A stretch of 64,000 bases of DNA from Lama guanicoe. Lineage: Eukaryota. Shown here piece after piece: positions 13,380 to 25,021 of the stretch. The notes below the pieces were generated by a model, which saw only the letters and a list, made by a program, of their open reading frames with translations, was not told the origin of the DNA and did no database searches. Position numbers and translations under genes: made by a program. Positions within the stretch are counted from its first letter, which is position 1; the number at the start of each line of letters is the position of its first letter. The stretch spans positions 10,499,231-10,563,230 of the forward strand of contig MU054187.1 in assembly GCA_013239625.1 (NCBI GenBank), written 5' to 3'.

Positions 13380-13900
13380 TGGAGTATTTTAGCTTGTGTG
13401 CAAGCAAAAAACACCTGAGGCTCAAATGGACTTGAAGATACTTTGACTCCCATATCGGGAGCTCCAGGCAGGAGAGAAGGTTGAGGACGGGTGGCTCAGG
13501 GAGGTGAACCAGTTGGCCAGGTTCTCCAGCTGTTCACTCTGCCCCTGGGCTGGCTCCTCCCGCAGCTGCAAAATGACCCTGGAGCTGTGCCAGCTGTCAC
13601 TTCCAGACACAGCACCTTTCAAAGGGCTGTCCACTCCAGGGTGCCCTTCTTGGGGACAAGGAAGCCCTTTCCCCGAGGCCTGCCAGCAAATCTGCCCACG
13701 CAGTTTTACCCACAGCCCGTTCTCCTCAGTGGCGTCGGACTGCGGTGCCTGGAGTCAGTCACTCCGGATTATCCTGTGAGCCAGGGACGGGTTCCTGGTT
13801 CCCGGAGCTGCGTGGGAGGGGAGGGGGTGTCCAGGTGGAACTGGCGCTCCCCCTGCCCTGTGGGTGGGAGGGACAGCTATCCCCTGAAGTGTTGTTCAGC
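13380..13900. mobile_element. MLT1-type (ERVL-MaLR) solo LTR, old
   Basis: gctgcaaaatgacc...cagctgtcacttccagacac...caaggaagccctttccccgaggcctgccagcaaatctgcccac resembles older MLT1 consensus sequences. Confidence 0.55.
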
Positions 13901-13958
13901 GTAGAGAGAGAACACAGTACCCGCAGTAGACTTTTTTAAAAAACCCGCTTCGTGATAG

Positions 13959-14108
<150 letters not shown>

Positions 14109-15509
14109 TAAATTTCTGTTTATTTAAAAAGCTTTCCCCCCTTAGAATTTAAGAGTTAGCTCTTGGCATAGTAGGATGTGGGAATCCAGCATTAGAAGTA
14201 AAATCTGACACCAAAAGTTTGGGGTCTTTTCAGGCCAATGAAATCTTCCACTTGGAGCCAGAAAAGGGGAGAGGGCCTCACATCATCCGTTTTATTCAGT
14301 GAAGAATAAACAGGCTTTTCTTTTTCCCAACGAGTTAGTTTTTCGCATCCTCTGTAGCTTTGAATTCTAATGAATATTCAGGCTGTTCATAATGAAAGGA
14401 TTTTGATGTTTCTCTCCAACATAGAGCGTTACTCTTTTGAGGCAGAAAATCCTTACTCTTAGAATGGTGTGATGAGTCAAAATGTTTCCCTCTTAATTGA
14501 CTTGTGACTAGGCTGGGGGTGAGCAGCCCCGGTCCCTCGAGGTACACATATGCCTGCGTCTGGATTTTTCTCAGAGGGTTGTATCGAGCAGTGTGGAAGA
14601 ACAAGCCAGCACTCAGTTATTTCCAATTATCTGGTCACGCTTGTAGGATCATTTCCATCTCTTGGTTCATGATAGCTGAAATTACTTATGCCGTTGACTT
14701 GCAAGGTAGAAAGCCACCTGTATGGTGAAAATTGTTTTCAGAACTAAAGGGCATTCATCCTGAAAAGAGACAAATAGTGCTATTTATACCATCCCACTGA
14801 GGCTAATTTTCAGAATACCAACTTGAATCTCCGTGTTTATCAAAATGCCATACAATCAGTGTCTTGTTTAAAAATGTGTAGGAATATTTGGTCACAGAAA
14901 TCAGGTGTTTATGTTTGATTTCTAGTTCGTCTCTTATAAAGACAACGACATATGGGTTCTAGATCTGTATTTCTCTATGTAGTGAGCAGACTCTGTAAAT
15001 GTTATTTTTAGAATTAGAAAATATTCCCTAAAAATGATTATATTAAAGGGAGAGGCCTGGGGTACAGGAAGATCCAGCTGTGCTTTCCTTGGGCACGACT
15101 GGAAGCCATGCGTGTTTGCATCCACTTAACCCAGACTGCTCCCTTTCGCGGAAGAACGCAGCTCTCCTGCCAGCGGGAGTGGCCGTGGTCTCCGTGCCGG
15201 TGGCACGTGGAAACCATGCACTCTGACATCCATGTCCTCAGTAACACACTATGAGTCTGTCAGCCGTGAATGTAGCTAAACTATTTCTGAAGTTTGCTTT
15301 ATATTCTGGTTCCTACCATCTCTTGAAATAAGTAATTCAGTATGTTTTCTACCGGCTGTATAGAATAAACCCTGTGTTTCTACATGCATGTCTTGGAAAT
15401 TTCAGAGGACACACTTCTCTTCTACTGCTTGATCCCTGCATTTTCTGAGTCCTCCTGTTTTATTGGGACTGCTTTGATAGATATTGATCATAACCACGTT
15501 GAGAAACTC

Positions 15510-16020
15510 TTACAGACGGAAGGGAGCTTAGAGCTCATGGTGGCGTGGAATTCCTCCTTTTATGGAAGTGTCCCTTCAACTGCATCTGTGAGGGTTGTTC
15601 GTCTTGTTTTTACTTGATCACTTTTAGTGACATCTCTGACTGTTAGAAAATCTCTGTATTAATCCCAAATCTGCCTGTCTCTGCCCAACCAGTTTCCACC
15701 CAGTGGTCCCAGTTTTGGAGCTACATAGAGTTGTAAACCCTTTACAGTAACTGTGACAGCTCTTTGAAAGTAGCTACTGTTTCCTTACTTTTATATACTA
15801 ACAAATATCTTTCTCTGAGATGACCTCTCATGTGTAATGTCTTTTTTTTTTTTAATTTTGGTTTTTGTTTCTTTTTCATGTGTAACGTCTTTGAGGTCTG
15901 TCATTATCCTAGTCACTTGTTCCTGAATAGTCTCTACTTGGTCAGTGTCCCTCTTAACACAACTGTCCAGATTGGTGCACACGAACCCCGGGGTGCCATG
16001 TACCCATGTGATCTGGCACA
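15510..16020 (-). mobile_element. L3/CR1 LINE 3' fragment
   Basis: Minus-strand ORF VKRDTDQVETIQEQVTRIMTDLKDVTHE resembles CR1 ORF2 FKKDIDKLERVQRRATRMIKGLE; also tgactgttagaaaatctctgtattaatcccaaatctgcc. Confidence 0.7.
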
Positions 16021-16323
16021 AGCTTTCCTTTCCTCTCCCTGCCTGGGAGTCCTGGCTTCACCTCTCCGGATCTTGCCCAAATACTACATCCTTTTAAAGT
16101 TGTATCTGAATCCTTCCAGCAAAGCTGAGTCCTCTCTTCTCTGGAATCTGCTACCACTCATTTAACCCTTTATTGCATACATCATACTGGGCTGTAATTA
16201 ATAGAAGTCTGTCTCCTTTCCTATTGTTCATAGATCAGGAAAAATAAATAAATAAAATGTATTTATATCTACATTAGTATAGCTCTTGAAACACAGTAAA
16301 CACTTAATGAAGTTTGTTCATAA

Positions 16324-16557
<234 letters not shown>

Positions 16558-17039
16558 TAGCGTCCGTGTGGTGTAAACTCTGCTTGTTCGACATCTGTTT
16601 TTAACATATCCCTGCTTGGAAGCTAGAGAGCTCTGTGACAAATGTAAGGAGTGAGATTGCAAATCAACTCTGCATCAATCAAGAAAAATATGCGTATGTA
16701 CTCTTAAAATCACACACACGCACACACAAATGCAAGAAGTGACAGTTAAGAGAAGCGTGCTTATTGGAAACACTGTCAGGCCCTCTCCTGGCTGATTACG
16801 AGCTGTTTGTCAGACCGCGGTTCCTCCTGAGGGATGCGTTTATGCCAGAGGTCACCGTGGCTTTTACATCCCTCAGCTCCCTAGAGTTTCCTTCACTTCT
16901 GTGAAGAGAGGTCTAAGTAGGGCAGGGACAGGAAGGAAACGCGTCGTGGGGATGGTAGAAAAGAATTGTAAAGACTGACCTTTCTCCTGCATATGTTTCT
17001 TGTTCAGTGTTCATAAAAAGAACAAGGATCTGTGTTTAA

Positions 17040-19700
17040 TTTCTTTAGGATGGTACATATAAATGCATACTTTGGCAGTTACTTGGACAAGTTAATTGCC
17101 AGTGAGAACCACGCTGTAAGTACAGTGATGTTTAGCAAACTGTGGAATGGAGTAACCATCCTCACGGTCCAGTTCTAAAGCATTTCCATCATCCTCAGAA
17201 GTCCCTCTTGCCTATTTACAGCCCATTTTCCTTCCTACCATTATCTCCAGGCAATCACTGATCTGCTGTCTATCTCTATAGATTTGCTTTTTCTGGAGAT
17301 TTTGTTATAAATGAAATCATACAATGTAATCTTTAAATGCTTGGCTTCTTTTATGGGATAAAATGTTTTTGAGGTTCATCTTCATTGTAGTGTGTGTCCA
17401 TATCCATTCATTTTTGTTGCTGAGTAGTATTCCATTGTATGGCATACTGTATTTTGTTTATCCATTGGCCAATTTGTGAATATTGGTCAACAGATGACTT
17501 ATGACAGTGATGGACCTTGAAGAGACTACATATACGAGGTCATTTCAGAGAAAAAGATTGGTTAGTATAGGAAAGTCAGGAAATGTCTAGTTTGGGCTGT
17601 TACAAATAATACTGTTAAAAACATTCATGTGCAAGTCTTTGTGTGGACATACAGTTTCATCCTCTTGGATAAGTGCTAGGAGTAGAATTGCTAGGTCATA
17701 GTAAGTGTATGTTTAACTTATTAGGAAACTGCCAAGGCGGCTGTGCCATGTCCACCAGCAGTGTATGAGGATTGTAGTTCTGTCTTTGTCAACACATGAT
17801 ATTGTCAGTTCCGATCACAGCCATGCCTGTGGAGGTGTAGCTGTATCCCAAAGTGATTTTCATTTGCATTTCTCTAATGACCAATGGCAATAGGCTTCCG
17901 TGTGCTTATTAGCCAGTCATACATCCTCTGTGGTGAAATGCTTATTCACATCTTTTGCCTGTATTTGAATTGGGATTTTGGGGGAGGGTATAGCTCAAGT
18001 GGTAGAGCACATCCTCAGCATGCATGAGGTCCTGGTTTCAGTCCTCAGTACCTCCTCTAAAAATAAAGAAAGAAATAAACCTAATTACCTCCCCCAACCA
18101 ACCAACAAACAAACAAAAATGAAAAAAAAAAACTTCATTAAATTGGGATGTTTATCTTATATTGAGCTATAAGTGTTCTTTATTTTGGATACAGTTCCTG
18201 TATCAGACATATAATTTGCAAATATTTCCTCCAAGTGTGCTTTGCCTATTGATTTAAAAATACTGTCTTTTGAAAATCAGAAGTCTTAAGTTTTGTTAAA
18301 GTCCGCTTAATTTTTTTTTATTGTGATCATGCTTTTGTTGTCATACTTAAGAAATTGTCAGTTTTGTTTTATATGTTTCAGGACTCTGTTATTAGATGTG
18401 TATACATTTAAAATGACTATATTTATATTTCTGTTTATCATAAAATGCCCCTCTTTGTCCCTAAGGGTATTACTTAAAGTCTCTTTTACCAGATATTATT
18501 ATAGCCATGTCAGCTCTCTTCCTCTTTGTTCCTTATATTTTTTTCCATTATTTTACTTCAAACTGTTTATGTCTTTGAATCTAAAACATGCCTCTGATGG
18601 ACGGCATACAGTTGGATCTTGTCTTTTTAAATCCAGTCTGACAATCTCTGCCTTTTGATTGGAGTGTTTGGTTCTTACAGCTTTAATGTAATTATTGATA
18701 CGGTTGTATTTACATGTACAATTTTATTATTTTTTCTATAGGTCTCTTTTTCATGGTTGTTCCTCTGCCCCTCCTTTACTGCCTTCTTTTGTGCTAAACA
18801 AATATTTCTAGTGTCCTGTTTAACTTCCTCTGTTGGTTTTTTTAAACTGTTATTATTTTTAGTTTTTTTTTTTTTGTGATTGCTCTTGGGACTACAGTAT
18901 GCACGTTAACATATCAAGCCTGCGTCCCTGAGGTTGGTTTTCCTTTTTGTGTTTGTTTTGTTTTTAGTAACTTGCTTGGATTTAATTTGAGAATCTGTGT
19001 CTTCTGTATATGCAGCTGCAGCTAGCTCTGCTCAGTTTATGCTTTATAACTTAGCCTTTCTTTTTAGGGGTCACTCCTGTGACTGCTTAACTTAGCGTTC
19101 AGTTGGGGATTTGTCCGAGGCGATCAGACATCATAGTCCATCTTATCTCTGGATCTGTATGCGAGTTGGGGGGGTACCCATTCAAAGGGCGGGTAGTTTC
19201 AAGCTGTATCTGGCCTTTTCTTCCCACAGGGTCAACATGTGCACGGGCTGACATTTACCCTGAGCAGGACTGCAGACTCAGGCTAGCAGAACCGTGTGCA
19301 ATCCTCATTTTTCTTGCAGTGTGCTCATTTTATTGACAGCACCCTGGGTGTGGGATTTTTGCCCTCTGCAGCCCCCTCTGGTAGCAGGCTTCCAGGGCCA
19401 GAGCTCCTGTGATGGGCATACAGTGCCAGCATGCAGGATGAGTAGGGGTGGCCCTGGGTGGGGGTCCATGCAGGGGGAGGATGGGAGAAGCCCAGGCAGG
19501 AGTGCCACCAACACCTGAAGTTCAGCAGTTCTTCATGAGTAAACACTTCTCAATTTGTTGTTTGATTTTAGTTGATTTCCAGAGCCTTGAAGTTTTTTGT
19601 GTTTTTTTTTTTTATTTTATAGTTTTTCTCAGTAGAACCGTTTATTTTTTGGAAGAGAATGTACTGATCTCTTCTCTCTGCCATGGCCAGAAGACACCTC
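17040..19700 (-). mobile_element. Composite old L1 (3' end joined to endonuclease and 5' region fragments), interrupted by a SINE
   Basis: caggcaatcactgatctgctgtctatctctatagatttgc; ctaggagtagaattgctaggtcata; at about 18355 it jumps to EN-region sequence such as ggcatacagttggatcttgtctttttaaatccagtctgacaatctctgcctttt. Confidence 0.85.
17980..18140 (+). mobile_element. tRNA-derived SINE, camelid Vic-1-like, with TSD
   Basis: ggggagggtatagctcaagtggtagagcac...gcatgcatgaggtcctgg head. A box about 17991-18002, degenerate B box 18034-18044, aaataaacctaattacctcccc body and A-rich tail. Direct repeat aattgggat at 17968-17976 and 18141-18149. Confidence 0.9.
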
Positions 19701-19829
19701 TATGCTTAAAGACTCTCTATAAATTGTTGGAACTTTGCTGTCTTATCCAGTGCGTTCTATTCTCAGCAAAATTGGCGCTACACTAAAAGTCACAAGTCCA
19801 GAATCTTGGTTTTCAGATGACTCTACAGC

Positions 19830-19990
19830 AGGGTCTGGTAGGAAGAACCTGGATTTTATAGTTCTTGCTCTGGCTCTCAGTGGCCCTTAGTTACCTGGAT
19901 GACTTCAGGAAATTCATTATATCTCTAGTGTCATTTTCCTTACCCACAACATGGGAATAATAACAATCACTCTTTGAAAAACATTAAGAA
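19830..19990 (+). mobile_element. MIR SINE fragment
   Basis: ttagttacctggatgacttcaggaaattcattatatctctagtgtcattttccttacccacaacatgggaataataa. Confidence 0.6.
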
Positions 19991-21069
19991 TTTACAGACT
20001 GAGGGTGATGATTCTAATTACAATTTTGGGTACTTGCACATGCTGTCACCTCAGTAAGTTTTGGTGATCAGTGAAATCCCTGGGAGCTTATTTGGGAAAC
20101 ATTCTTATGAATGCATGAGGAGAGAGCTGGCTCTCGTAAGCCAGTCTAAAGTGGCAGCCAGCCTCTGCTACTCGGAAGAGAGTTCATAAGCTACACAGCA
20201 CTAGTAGACAAGGAAATAAAAGTGGGTTAGATAGTCCTGAGCTCCTTAGGGTACTTCAACCCGGAGCTGGGTAAAGGAGGTGGCCACATTGATAAAGGAT
20301 GCTCACTCATACGGGGACACTGACACATCACTGGAAATATAATGGGATGTGGATAGTTGTGTTACATAGGGTTTCTCTGGGGACAGTGCCATACGCAGGT
20401 GGATCGAGTATTTTGATAACCGGATTGCAATAGGGCTGAAACCCCCAAAGAGCATGCTTGAGTGAGACACTTACTTGCTGCTCTGTCTTCTAAGATTTCT
20501 GGGTGAAGGTAGTCATGGCGCTGGTTTTGCTGACTTAACTGCACAAATTAGAGCCGAAGCTCCGTTGCTTGGAACAGTGAGGGTGTTGTTCTGTTCCATC
20601 ACTCTCCCTTTTGCATCCTTTCCCACTCAGCACTTGGTCTCTCCTCTCAATGAATGTAGGACCGTATTTTTAAAATAGTGATATACAGGCTATTATGTTA
20701 TCAGTGTGATTTTGAGGGGCCCTTTTCTCCCTTTGCTAAATCTTTAGTATCTGCTTTCTCTGCACCGGTCATGCTGATAGGCAATGCAGAAACAGGTTTT
20801 GACACTGGTTCAGATTGTTCTTTTAAATTTTGTTTGTTTGTTTGGTTTTGTTGTTTGCATTGCTGCTTAAACCTTAAAAGAAAGGTGAGGTGCTTAAGAG
20901 GATCAAGCCTTGATTTATCAGAGTTGATTCCCTTGACCTTCACTGCTTCTATTTCATCTCACTCTGATGACTGACTTTGAGTTTTCCCCTTTCATCTTGC
21001 CTCCGTGGAGATCATATCTGACTTCCTTCTCTGAGACTGGCTGGCCCGTGTCATTGGTGAGGTCTGATG

Positions 21070-21205
21070 GTTAAAAGGGACTTAAAGGTCACTGGATTTA
21101 AAAGGCCACTTTTACAGGGAGGAAAATTAGAATTCTGAAATCAGTCCAAGGTGCATCACTCGCCATTGGCAGAGCTTGGGTGGAACCCAGTTGCCTCTCT
21201 GACAC
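21070..21205 (-). mobile_element. MIR SINE fragment
   Basis: cacttttacagggaggaaaatt...tccaaggtgcatcac...ggcagagcttgggtggaacccag. Confidence 0.55.
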
Positions 21206-21584
21206 CACACCACCTCCCTTTGAAAGCAGGATGTGTGTATATGTGTATGTGTTTATTCATCTGTCAGGACGTCCATCCATCCATTCATCCATCTATCCAC
21301 TAATTTACTCCTCCATCTTTAGCTCTCATTCTTTTTCCTCAGACTTCACACTCAGGTGTATATATGATAATTTATTTTCAAGATAAAGATTCAAAATACA
21401 TTTTGGTCTCCATCTCACATAAAAGGCAAGTGTATTTCCTTTCTCGCCTGTAAATTTTATTGATGACTGAGTGTGCTTTTCTCAGAGGAAGAAGCTATAT
21501 AGAGATATGCTTTCATCAGTTTTTGGCAGAAAACTTTATGGAAGAGGAAAGTTTCACAACTTCAGGCTAAAAAAATGTAATTAA

Positions 21585-21773
<189 letters not shown>

Positions 21774-22394
21774 TAAAAATTTTTCTTTCAAATAGTCTGA
21801 AATTCTAAAGAAAGGGCAAATCATACTCATTGGGTGATAGTTCGTCATTCATTTGTATGTAAAATGGGAAACAAGTCTCCTCTCCTGGGAAAAGAGACTT
21901 CTAGTGCTCTTTGTAAAAATCACACCTGTTTGACTTTCATTTAGAGTAAATGCATTAGTTTCAGGATAGATCCCATTAAGTCCATTATGACCAGTTTATG
22001 TGGCGCTTTGTCTACAGGGTTCTTATCTCAAGCAAATTTGTTGTTGGTGTTTTTTTTTTTTTTTTCATTTCTCCAAACATTGGTGACTTCTTGATGCTAA
22101 TGAAGTTAAGGCTAAGTTACATAATTTCAAAGCCTGGCTTTTAAATGATTATTACAGAGAATAGTGTGGGTCACATGGGATAATAAATGATGGAATGGGG
22201 AAAGGCAGTGCTAAGGAAATACTGCCTCTGGAAGATAGGAAATGCCTTGTTAATGGCTGTCGGTTGATGGCCTTGTTCCAATGACCAAAACTTTTATGAT
22301 GAGGAACTTATTATAATGTATTAGTTACGTCTCTTACTACAAAGGTCTATGAATAAATTAGAACAGCAGTTCTGGAAAGGATGGAGGATGGGCG

Positions 22395-22520
22395 CATGAG
22401 CTTGGAGTTCAAATCCTAAGTATCCTGCTTCCTACCTGCATGACCGAGCACATAATCTAACCTCTTAAAGCCTTGGGTTGCATTTATGAAACAGAAATGA
22501 TGATGATAATATGATGAAAT
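22395..22520 (+). mobile_element. MIR SINE fragment
   Basis: ggagttcaaatcct...cttcctacctgcatgaccgagcacataatctaacctct...atgaaacagaaatgatgat. Confidence 0.6.
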
Positions 22521-24859
22521 TATAACATATACCTGAAAGAATATGTCTGTGTCTGTATATGTGTATCTGTGTGTGAATGCATGTAAATGCATATTTATAA
22601 AGATGTACCTAATAATCGAGTAAGCTATTTTATACAGATCATTTTGCATGTACATACTCCATACATGTTAGCCATCAGTACTCATATATATTTGATTCTG
22701 ACTTATTTTAATATATTAATTACTGCTTAAGACACTGCTTAGTGTCTAAATTAAAAAAACTCAAATTCTATGGACATACTAATTGGTGTTCTAACTGATT
22801 TATTTTTAAGAAATAAATATTTTGAATTTGAGCAATACGTTCTTTCCCTACAACTTCTGTCAGCTGCATAGATTAGGTTTCAGCGAACAATTTCTCTGAA
22901 AAGGATTTCTCCTTATTGAAAACCAAGTTAAAGTCGCTCGGTTAACTAACGTGGAGAGAAGCCAACCCAGGGATGTGCCGTTCCGCAGGGCTTTAGCGCG
23001 GTCTCCGGGGGCAGGGCAGGACTGGTGCAAACGTGACTCTTGTCTTTCTGGGAGTCCCTTCAGACCTCTGACTTGGTGACTCAGGTTAGCATGCATTCTC
23101 ATCACTCCGGCGATTCCTGGTTCTGATTTTGGAATCCTGGGGATTTGTTTGTTTTAAGAGTCAGAAGGGATCGTAATATTAAGAGAAATACATCATGCCA
23201 CGTGGTTGTTCTAAATCATTTATTTCTAGTTAGGGATGACCTCAGGTGACCTCAGAAGATAGGAACGTGGCCATATCCTTGCTTAGAGAGAAAGAGGTCA
23301 ATTCAGAGCATCTTCAAGCAGTGGAGAAATGGCATCTTTTTGCTTTTTTGGAGTATTGTCTTGTCAAAGAAAGAGGAAATGACTATTTACTTGTGTAGTA
23401 GATCTGTTGGTGTTGATAATTTTCTTTGTTGTACCATCAGCTGAAAAACTGAGCTGGTATTCTCTTTAATTTTGGATGGCTTTATTTATTCAGAGAAAAA
23501 CATTAGGGTATGAGGCTGGGTGTTAAAGAAAAGATATGTTTGTCTTATTTGTGGAACTTGAAATAATGGGCTTGGCCAGTCAGCACAGGGTTCATAGCAA
23601 GTAAATGACGAAAAATTATTACTAGTCATTTCTTTTGCTATTTCACATTATCTAAATTCATGTCTTGACTCCATGGTTGAGACTGGGCACAACTCCCCAG
23701 GGTCCCCAGTCAAAGCCTGCAGGCTGAGCTCACCACTTCATGTAGTTTACAAATACTTCTACACTTTGGAGTCTCTAGGGAAGCCCACATATCTCCTTTA
23801 TGGATTTCTGATCCAGCATGACTTTTTAAACCTGATCTTGGGAGCGCTGTTGTGTCTTCTTTCGGTGCTATTTCCACGGAACAGAGTGTGAACATATCGA
23901 ATACAGGGTCAAAGTTTAAGGTAGAATTTTCAACAATAACAGACCTCGAGAGAATATAGCAACTGCATATTTTCCCACTGTATGTTAAGAATTAAGGAGA
24001 TTCTTTTAAAGACTTGCCTCAGGATTTCTGTAATTGTGTTAGTTACTTGATGCTGGCAACTACCGTAAAGAAACAAATGACTAATTAAAAAACAGTGTGG
24101 TTACAACTGTCTAGACAGTGGGTGAAGATGTTTAATTTTGTGCTTTTAAACAAGAGCTTTTTATAAGATTAAAGATTACTCTAGTTCTGATATCCTGAAT
24201 GGAAAAGTAAATAAATAAAAAGAAAAAAAAAACCTACTGAAGGGTATGTGGAAGTTCATTCATTTCAGAGACTGAACCTGAATTGTTGACAGAAACAGCA
24301 TAAATCACTCCTTTAATGATGGAGTATTGTGGGATTTCTAAATTATTCATTTTACTAACATATAAGAAATTATTTTAAAATTTGCTTTATATATGACATA
24401 TTTCTATAGTTTCTCAAAAATTTTTAGAAAATAAGGGACTTAAATTATTTTTGAAATTATGGAACATATTTATTTAAAGATTTACTCTTCTTTTTAAGAT
24501 GCTAGGAAAATGAAATTAACGAATAAAGATGTCTTCCTTTTGGAGCAAAACTCAAACTTTTATAAAACATTTCATGCCGTAGGTGAGATATTTGACAATC
24601 TGAAAGGAGAAATTGAATTTAGTTTGTAAAAACAGCATACTTTTGAGGGAAAAATTAAAGTGACTGCAAATTGTGCCTGGGGTGACGCTTACGCGTGGAT
24701 TCAGCCTTTTGTTTTTGATCTTAATCTTGGTGGAGTTTGTGATGTCACTTCTGAATGTGGCTCTCACGATCTTTGCAGTTTTCATTTCCTGGTCAGTCTG
24801 AACCTGCTGTACCAGAAAGCTGAAGATCAAAGGGCGGTTTGTTTTTTGTGTATAAACAG

Positions 24860-25021
24860 GAGTTGCTGAAGCGGACTCCAAGGAAACACAGTGACTACGC
24901 AGCCGTGATGGAAGCCCTCCAAGCCATGAAAGCCGTCTGCTCCAACATCAACGAAGCCAAGAGACAGATGGAGAAGTTAGAAGTTTTAGAAGAATGGCAG
25001 TCTCACATCGAAGGCTGGGAG
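24860..25021 (+). CDS. PREX2: PREX2 exon 6 (162 nt, phase 0-0), end of DH domain and linker
   Basis: taaacag|GAG...GAG|gtacac; [54 protein letters not shown]. Confidence 0.98.

Noticed and set aside
13491..13904. 137-aa ORF and overlapping ORFs
   Set aside because: GC-rich LTR-derived sequence; no recognisable domain or exon structure.
17981..18055. tRNA-Ala-like gene
   Set aside because: It is a SINE head: degenerate B box and stems, followed by a SINE body, A tail and TSD.
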